IMG/VR virus record: IMGVR_UViG_3300020042_009526
Location: 1-41,043 of that record
Direction: 5' to 3' (one strand)
From: a virus
Taxonomy: Duplodnaviria > Caudoviricetes
DNA: 41,043 nt
The notes under the pieces were generated by a model, which worked only from the letters and a program-made list of their open reading frames with translations, had not been told where the DNA came from and did not search any database. The position numbers and the translations under genes are program-made. This document shows, one piece after another, positions 35,278 to 41,043 of this stretch; the stretch's first letter is position 1; every line of letters starts with the position of its first letter.

Positions 35278-36009
35278 CTAGCCTTTACCATTAATAGCAA
35301 ATATGTAGGCATCTCTATGAGCTAATACTACCGCCTCATATTCTTTAGTAGTAGCGAATGTAGATGCATACCATTTAATGGTATTAGCCTCTGTATTAAT
35401 TCGCATACTCTCAGCTTCAGCTTCTGCTACCTTAGCCTCAGCCCATGCCTCTGCTATATTCTGTAATCCTTTATGCATAGATACAATCTTATTAGTAGTA
35501 GATTGTAAATAATTGCAATGGGCTAGTAATACAGCCTTTAGCTTTACAGTATAGGCATATTCTGCTAAGGCATCTATATATACATCTTTAGCAGTATGTA
35601 TAGCTGTATCAGTACTATTATTAAGCATACTGTAGGCTTCTGTAGCTAGGCTATTATAAGAGGCATCTATTACTAATACATTAGTAATTACATATGATGC
35701 ATACATAGATACAGCTACAGCATAAGAGGCTGCAGAGGCATCAGCTGATGCTAATTTATGCTTAATAGCCCATGCTTTTGCTAGTGTATCTTTAGCCTCT
35801 ACCGCCTCTGCTATGGGCCTCATATAATCATAAATATAATTACTTGGCTTTACATACCGCCTTTTCATAGCATCAGTAGCTAATTCAATATCTACCGCCT
35901 CAGTGTATAGGCTATATAATTTTGTGGCATATTCATAGATTGTATTATGATATACAGTGTATGCTAATGCCTTAGCCTTGGCTACCTTTAGCTCATATAA
36001 GTTATTCAT
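35278..36009 (-). CDS. Hypothetical Ala/Tyr-rich protein
   Basis: 243 aa; GAGGT RBS; ATGAATAA overlap at 36002-36009. Confidence 0.55.
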   Translation of the reverse strand: MNNLYELKVAKAKALAYTVYHNTIYEYATKLYSLYTEAVDIELATDAMKRRYVKPSNYIYDYMRPIAEAVEAKDTLAKAWAIKHKLASADASAASYAVAVSMYASYVITNVLVIDASYNSLATEAYSMLNNSTDTAIHTAKDVYIDALAEYAYTVKLKAVLLAHCNYLQSTTNKIVSMHKGLQNIAEAWAEAKVAEAEAESMRINTEANTIKWYASTFATTKEYEAVVLAHRDAYIFAINGKG

Positions 36010-37231
36010 TGCCTACCTCTTTATTGTAATAATTGTACAATTGCCTATAGTGATATAATCGTACCTTATATACAGAATTAGCTACCGCCTCAGCCTCTTT
36101 AGCCCATAGTAGGCTATAGGCATTATCTAACTTTTGACGTGTATCAAAAAATACAGCCCATACTTCAGCCTCAGCCTCATTAGCCTCATTCAATGCCTCA
36201 TTATACTTAGCCTTTGATACCTTGGCTATGGTAGCTGATGCCTCTACTATATCAGCCCATGCTTTAACCTTGGCTACCTCATCAGCTACCTCAGCCCATG
36301 CTGTATATGTAAATGATGCCTCTACCTTGGCTAAGCCTTTAGCATTAATATATCTGTTATATACTTCACTATGAAAAGCCTCAGCCTTAGCCTTAGCCTC
36401 AGCCCATATAATACTAAGAGTAGTATAATCTGTAGCCTCATCAGCCTTAGCATTAGCCTCAGCTACTACAGTATCATCTTTATAGCTCATTAGCTTCTCT
36501 AAGGCTTCATTATACTTACATAGTGATAATTCTAATGCCTCAATTGCCTCAGCCTTGGCTAACTTCACTGTATAATATGCCTCAGTGTAACGCTTAGCCT
36601 TAGCTGCTACAGTAGCTTCTTTTAGCTCAGCTAGCTCAGCCTCATACTTAGCTACCTCAGCCTTTACAGCCTCATACGCTACATTAATAGCATTCTGCTT
36701 TATAAATGCTTTATCTATAGCCTCAGATATATCTTTTGTAGTATTGATATATTCGCATAGATATATATCAAAATTGCGGTAGCTATATTCATACATCATA
36801 GCTTTATAGTAGCTTCTGCTAGCATCTACCGCCTTATACTTGGCATCAGCATATGCTTTAACTTTTACCTTTGAAGCCTCAGAGGCTTTAGATAAAATAT
36901 CATGCATAGGCTTTTTGTGCATATTAGATACAATCAACTTATACAGCATAGCCAAGGCTACCGCCTCTGATGCATTAATAATATATTGCATATGAGCATC
37001 TATATATATTACTTTTTTGATACCATGGGCTTTTACTAAGGCCTCATATAATTCTACCGCCTTTACAGCCTTAGCCTCTACTAACGATACTACAGCCCAC
37101 GCTTTAGCCTCAGCTGATGCCTTGGCTATGCTAGCCTCTGATACCTTGGCATTATCTACAATGCTTAAGTAGTAGCTTAATGCTTTACTAGCCTTAGCTG
37201 CAGATGCCTCTACCGTATTTTGTGTAATCAT
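36002..37231 (-). CDS. Hypothetical Ala/Glu/Lys-rich helical protein
   Basis: 409-aa stop-free frame; GAGAGG RBS. Confidence 0.6.
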   Translation of the reverse strand: MITQNTVEASAAKASKALSYYLSIVDNAKVSEASIAKASAEAKAWAVVSLVEAKAVKAVELYEALVKAHGIKKVIYIDAHMQYIINASEAVALAMLYKLIVSNMHKKPMHDILSKASEASKVKVKAYADAKYKAVDASRSYYKAMMYEYSYRNFDIYLCEYINTTKDISEAIDKAFIKQNAINVAYEAVKAEVAKYEAELAELKEATVAAKAKRYTEAYYTVKLAKAEAIEALELSLCKYNEALEKLMSYKDDTVVAEANAKADEATDYTTLSIIWAEAKAKAEAFHSEVYNRYINAKGLAKVEASFTYTAWAEVADEVAKVKAWADIVEASATIAKVSKAKYNEALNEANEAEAEVWAVFFDTRQKLDNAYSLLWAKEAEAVANSVYKVRLYHYRQLYNYYNKEVGNE

Positions 37232-37233
37232 TC

Positions 37234-37536
37234 TTAGCCTCTCATCTCTAATGTATCAGAATATACAGCCCATGCCTTGGCTAATGCCTCAGCAGATACA
37301 GCCTTAGCATTAAATGCCTCAGATACCGCCTTAGCCTTTATAGCTACTTGGCTATGTATCTTATAATCTACCTCAGCCCATGCCTCAGCTTTAGCTGATA
37401 CCGCCTTGGCTTTATTCGCTTCAGCCTCTACTACCATTTTTTGCATAGCCTCAGCTATTACAGATGCTAATACAGATGCTACATAGTGATTTGCTACAGA
37501 TGCTATGGTAGCCTTAATTGCCTTTTGCTTATTCAT
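37234..37536 (-). CDS. Hypothetical Ala-rich protein
   Basis: 100 aa; GAGAGG RBS. Confidence 0.55.
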   Translation of the reverse strand: MNKQKAIKATIASVANHYVASVLASVIAEAMQKMVVEAEANKAKAVSAKAEAWAEVDYKIHSQVAIKAKAVSEAFNAKAVSAEALAKAWAVYSDTLEMRG

Positions 37537-37553
37537 TGCTTAGCCTCTCATCT

Positions 37554-37583
37554 GCTGAGGTAGTAGCCTCTTACTACCTCAGC
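37554..37583. other. Perfect 12-bp intergenic hairpin
   Basis: GCTGAGGTAGTA/TACTACCTCAGC with a 6-nt loop. Confidence 0.75.
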
Positions 37584-37600
37584 CTCTTATACTATTACTA

Positions 37601-38872
37601 CTAACTATTAACCACTAAGTTATTATATACAGCCCATGCATTCGCTAGTGCTATATGAGCTGAGCTGATAGCCTCAGCACGATTAAATACTACAGCCTTA
37701 GTCTTAGCCTCAGCTAATGTAGCTACAGCCTCTGCTACCTCAGCCCATGCCTCAGCTATTGCCTTAGCCTCAGCCTCAGAAGCCTCAGCTACCGCCTTAG
37801 CCTCTGCTAGCATAGGCATATGCCAACCATTAAAGTTATAGCTTTTAAGGTTATTGATAGCTTGGATTAATTCAACCTCAGCCTTGGCTTTATTATTAGT
37901 AGCTAAAATTATCTCATCAGCTACCATAGCAGAAGCCTCTGTATTATCGTTAGCCTCATCTACCGCCTCAGCCTCTGAGGCTTTATGGTAGCTAAGATAA
38001 TTGATATGCTGATGCATATGGTTATATACCATATAGTGGTATTTTGCTACAGCTACCGCCTCTGTAATGCCTACAGTAAAAGCTTCATCATCTGTTGTAG
38101 TATCGTATATGTGTTCTATGAGGCTATAAAAGATTGTATATACCTCTACTGATAGCTCAGCCTTTAATGCATAGTGATAGTTATCGTAGCTGATAATATT
38201 AGCCCATGCCTTAATATCTGCTGTATACTCTGCATTATCTGCTAATTGTGTAACGCTTTTCGTTAGCTCAGCCCATGTATTAGCCTTGGCGGTAGCCTTG
38301 GCTTCTTTAGCCTTGGCTGATACTAAGGCTATTAATTCATTGTGAGATGCCTCAGCCTCTGTAGGATATTTAATGGTATACTTTTCTATATCACGGTAGA
38401 TTGTATTGTATACCGCCTCAGCCTCTAATACAGTAGCTTGGCACGAATTAACTGTATCTCTGAGATTGTAATTATCTAAGCTACCATAGCTATGTGTACC
38501 ATTTAAAGCATTCGCATATGTATCAGCCCATAGCTTAGCAGATGCCTTAGCCTTGGCTAATGCCTCTGATGCCTCTGCTAAGTTATACATCATATAGATA
38601 TACTTAGCCTTAAAAGCCTTATCTTTAGCTAGCAATAAGCCCATAGCTTCAGCCTCAGCCTCAGCCTTGGCTGCAATGCATTCAGTTATCTCTGCTGTAA
38701 TAGGATTACAGAGGTAGGTATTATATACTGTTGCCATGTAGCTATAGGCTAATAATGTAGCCTCAGCTTTTTTAGCCCATGCTACCATTGAAGCTTTTAC
38801 TACTTCAGCCTTAGCATTAGCCTTAGCTTCAGCCTCAGCCTCTAACACTTCAGCCCATGCTACCTTTACCAT
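37601..38872 (-). CDS. C-terminal part of a frameshifted ~940-aa Ala/Glu-rich protein
   Basis: No GAGAGG leader of the type seen at neighbouring starts; the frame continues upstream as AEAKAEAEA to ~39000. Confidence 0.55.
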   Translation of the reverse strand: MVKVAWAEVLEAEAEAKANAKAEVVKASMVAWAKKAEATLLAYSYMATVYNTYLCNPITAEITECIAAKAEAEAEAMGLLLAKDKAFKAKYIYMMYNLAEASEALAKAKASAKLWADTYANALNGTHSYGSLDNYNLRDTVNSCQATVLEAEAVYNTIYRDIEKYTIKYPTEAEASHNELIALVSAKAKEAKATAKANTWAELTKSVTQLADNAEYTADIKAWANIISYDNYHYALKAELSVEVYTIFYSLIEHIYDTTTDDEAFTVGITEAVAVAKYHYMVYNHMHQHINYLSYHKASEAEAVDEANDNTEASAMVADEIILATNNKAKAEVELIQAINNLKSYNFNGWHMPMLAEAKAVAEASEAEAKAIAEAWAEVAEAVATLAEAKTKAVVFNRAEAISSAHIALANAWAVYNNLVVNS

Positions 38873-38895
38873 ATCACTATAGATATAGTTAGCCT

Positions 38896-40428
38896 CTACC
38901 GCCTCAGCTTTAGCCTCAGAAGCCTCAGCCTCAGCCTTAGCCTCAGCTTCAGCCTTAGCCTCAGCCTCAGCTTCAGCCTTAGCCTCAGCTTCAGCCTTAG
39001 CTCAGCCTCAGCTTCAGCCTTAGCCTCAGCTTCTCTAATACGTGCTAATGCATCAGCCTTAGCCCATGCCTCAGCCTTGGCTTTACTATATTCGTTAGCA
39101 TCAAAATAGTTAGCATTAGCTATAGCACGTGCATTAGCCTCAGCCTCATCTACCTCAGCTATAGCACGTGCTACCGCCTCTTTACCTTTAGCCTTAGCCT
39201 CAGCTACCATAGCTACCTCAGCCTCAGCCCATGCCTCAGCACGTGCTGTATCAATATCAAAAGCCTCATCTTTATCAGTGGTAGCTACCTCTGCTACAGC
39301 TACCGCCTCAGCTACCTCAGCTACCTCAGCTGATGCCTCTACCGTATTAGCCTCTACCGCCTTAGCCTCATATGCTACAGCCTCTACTTCAGCCCATGCT
39401 TTTGACCACACTTCTTTACTTGCCTTACTTCTCTCAGCACGTGCTGTTTTAGCTGTAGCCTCAGCCTTTTCTACTTTAGCCTCTGCTACCGTGATACGAT
39501 ATACAGCAGATGCTAGCTTAACCTCATCAGCAGAAGCCTCAGCATAATACTTAATTAGCTCAGCCTCAGCTACTTCAGCCTTAGCATTAGCCTTGGCTAC
39601 ATTAGCCTTAGCCTCTTTTAGCTCAGCCTTGGCTTTTTTAAGGTTAGCTAATACGGTAGCTACTTTACAGCTATTGAGGTAGCTATAAGGATTATTCTGA
39701 AGCTCATCAGCCTTAGCCTTTAGCTCAGCTACCTTAGTAGATGCCTTTACAATATCCTGTTGAAGCTCATTCGCACGTACCATGCTATGCTTTACTTTAT
39801 CCTTTAGAGCTTTAGCCTCTACAGCCTCTACAGCCTCTACAGCTACAGCCTCTACAGCTACAGCCTCTACAGCTACCTCAGCCTCAGCTACCGCCTCTAC
39901 AGCTACAGCCTTAGCCTTGGCTACGTTAGCTACTGCTACCTCTACAGCATAGGCTGATATATCAGCCTCTACTGAGGTTTCTACCTCAGCCCAAAATAAC
40001 TTGCTCATCTTTACCTCTAATTCTGCTACCTTGGCTACTAGTGCCTCTACCTCATAGCGATATCTATCATTAGTCTTCATCTTGCTAGCCCATAGCTTAT
40101 TTTGCTCATACTGTTTTTTCTTGGCTATGGTATACATTCGCTTGGCTGATGCTAGCTTATTCTTAAAGCCTTTATGCGTATATTCGCTATAGCTGAGGCT
40201 ACTGTAGCTATGGGCTGATAGGTACATATCTTCAGCCTCATAGGCATCAGCTACCATAGCCTCATACTTCTTGGTTACCTTTGCTAATGCTGTCAATGCC
40301 TCATAGGCGGTAGTACGTGCTGAGGCGGTAGAGGCTTCATTAGCTACTGCTACCTTAAGCTCAGCCTTGGCTTCTGCTTGGCGAATGTAGTACATATTGA
40401 ATAGTGAAGTGTTGATTGTGATAGTCAT
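38896..40428 (-). CDS. N-terminal part of a frameshifted ~940-aa Ala/Glu/Val-rich protein
   Basis: GAGAGG RBS before ATG 40428; the LRLKLRL tail is the out-of-frame reading after a 1-bp loss near 39000. Confidence 0.6.
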   Translation of the reverse strand: MTITINTSLFNMYYIRQAEAKAELKVAVANEASTASARTTAYEALTALAKVTKKYEAMVADAYEAEDMYLSAHSYSSLSYSEYTHKGFKNKLASAKRMYTIAKKKQYEQNKLWASKMKTNDRYRYEVEALVAKVAELEVKMSKLFWAEVETSVEADISAYAVEVAVANVAKAKAVAVEAVAEAEVAVEAVAVEAVAVEAVEAVEAKALKDKVKHSMVRANELQQDIVKASTKVAELKAKADELQNNPYSYLNSCKVATVLANLKKAKAELKEAKANVAKANAKAEVAEAELIKYYAEASADEVKLASAVYRITVAEAKVEKAEATAKTARAERSKASKEVWSKAWAEVEAVAYEAKAVEANTVEASAEVAEVAEAVAVAEVATTDKDEAFDIDTARAEAWAEAEVAMVAEAKAKGKEAVARAIAEVDEAEANARAIANANYFDANEYSKAKAEAWAKADALARIREAEAKAEAEAELRLKLRLRLKLRLRLRLKLRLRLRLRLLRLKLRR

Positions 40429-40475
40429 GGTATTGTAGCCTCTCATTATAATCTGCTGATACTGTTATCTGATGC

Positions 40476-40973
40476 CTAGTAATTGCTATTCATTCGCTTG
40501 GCTGATACCTTTACATCAGAAGCTACCGTCTTAACCAAGGTAGCTACTACTGTATGCTTAGCTTCAGCCTTAAGCAGTGCTACCAAGGTAGCTGATGCAT
40601 CAGCCTTAGCCCATAGCTGATACCATGCTAAGCTTTTCGCATACTCTGATACCTTGGCAATAGCCTCTACAGCTAAGCTAGCTACCTCAGCTGATGCCTT
40701 GGCTAATGCCTCTGCTACAGCTACCTCTTTATTGCTACTGTAGCTGATGTAGCTGAGCTTGGCTACAATCTCTGCATCAATACCATAGCCTTTAGCATCT
40801 GCTACCTCTACTGACGCACTGATGAGATGAGCATAGTTAACAGTGTAATCAGCGTAGGCTTTTACAGCCTCTTTAGCCTCATACTTGGCTACCGTCTTAG
40901 CAATAGCCTCAGCCTTGGCGGTAGCCTTGGCATTCATTGCCTTAGCAGTGTTGAGTGTGTGTAACATAGTCAT
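40476..40973 (-). CDS. Hypothetical Ala/Lys-rich protein
   Basis: 165 aa; GAGAGG RBS; first visible ORF of the chain. Confidence 0.55.
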   Translation of the reverse strand: MTMLHTLNTAKAMNAKATAKAEAIAKTVAKYEAKEAVKAYADYTVNYAHLISASVEVADAKGYGIDAEIVAKLSYISYSSNKEVAVAEALAKASAEVASLAVEAIAKVSEYAKSLAWYQLWAKADASATLVALLKAEAKHTVVATLVKTVASDVKVSAKRMNSNY

Positions 40974-41043
40974 TGTAGTAACCTCTCATATAGTCAACTG
41001 TTGAATACTGTCATCAACATGGATAACTATAAGGCTTATATAT

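Larger units (their letters stand above)
1..41043. mobile_element. Tailed dsDNA bacteriophage genome (siphovirus-like, HK97-fold capsid), near complete
   Basis: Terminase-portal-protease-capsid-connector-tail tube-chaperone-tape measure order on +; replication, recombination and methylation genes on -; no host genes seen. Confidence 0.95.

Noticed and set aside
38896-39000. LRLKLRLRL peptide tail as a functional motif
   Set aside because: Out-of-frame reading of the AEAKAE repeat after a 1-bp loss.
32095-40973. Stop-codon reassignment in the low-complexity block
   Set aside because: Both TAA and TAG end genes right before new RBS/start signals, stops are stacked near 37600, and core genes are intact under the standard code.
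1-41043. Diversity-generating retroelement, retron, integrase/att site, IS element, tRNA or rRNA
   Set aside because: No reverse transcriptase, recombinase or transposase motifs, no adenine-variable repeat pair and no cloverleaf seen by eye; a tRNA scan was not run.

Overview
The window is a near-complete ~41 kb genome of a tailed dsDNA phage with siphovirus-type, HK97-fold head and tail genes. No host genes, integrase, DNA polymerase, tRNA or cas genes were recognised. The + strand carries a lysis cassette (0.5-1.75 kb), a structured promoter/sRNA region (1.75-2.15 kb), accessory genes (dCTP deaminase, SAM methyltransferase, ParB-like), terminase, portal, head genes, a glycosyltransferase, and tail genes including a -1 frameshifted chaperone (to 23.2 kb). 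The - strand carries RusA, C5 and N6 DNA methyltransferases (the C5 gene has a nested alternative-frame ORF), a DnaC-like loader, a lambda O-like initiator with internal iterons, two RHH regulators, a putative ssDNA-annealing protein and hypotheticals (23.2-31.4 kb). The most unusual part is 31.7-41 kb, which apparently continues at 95-205. This ~9.3 kb block is written in a small, strand-polarised DNA vocabulary (GCCTCAGC, GCCTTAGC, CTACCGCC, GCCCATGC, GCACGTGC). It encodes a tightly coupled chain of Ala/Glu/Lys/Tyr-rich orphan ORFs and is bounded by 12-bp tandem arrays, nested inverted repeats and a 52-bp near-perfect palindrome. A second copy of the origin iterons sits in front of a strong promoter at ~1.8 kb. 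Bases 1-94 are an exact inverted copy of 876-969, probably an assembly or amplification chimera. All protein calls come from motif recognition by eye, not database searches.
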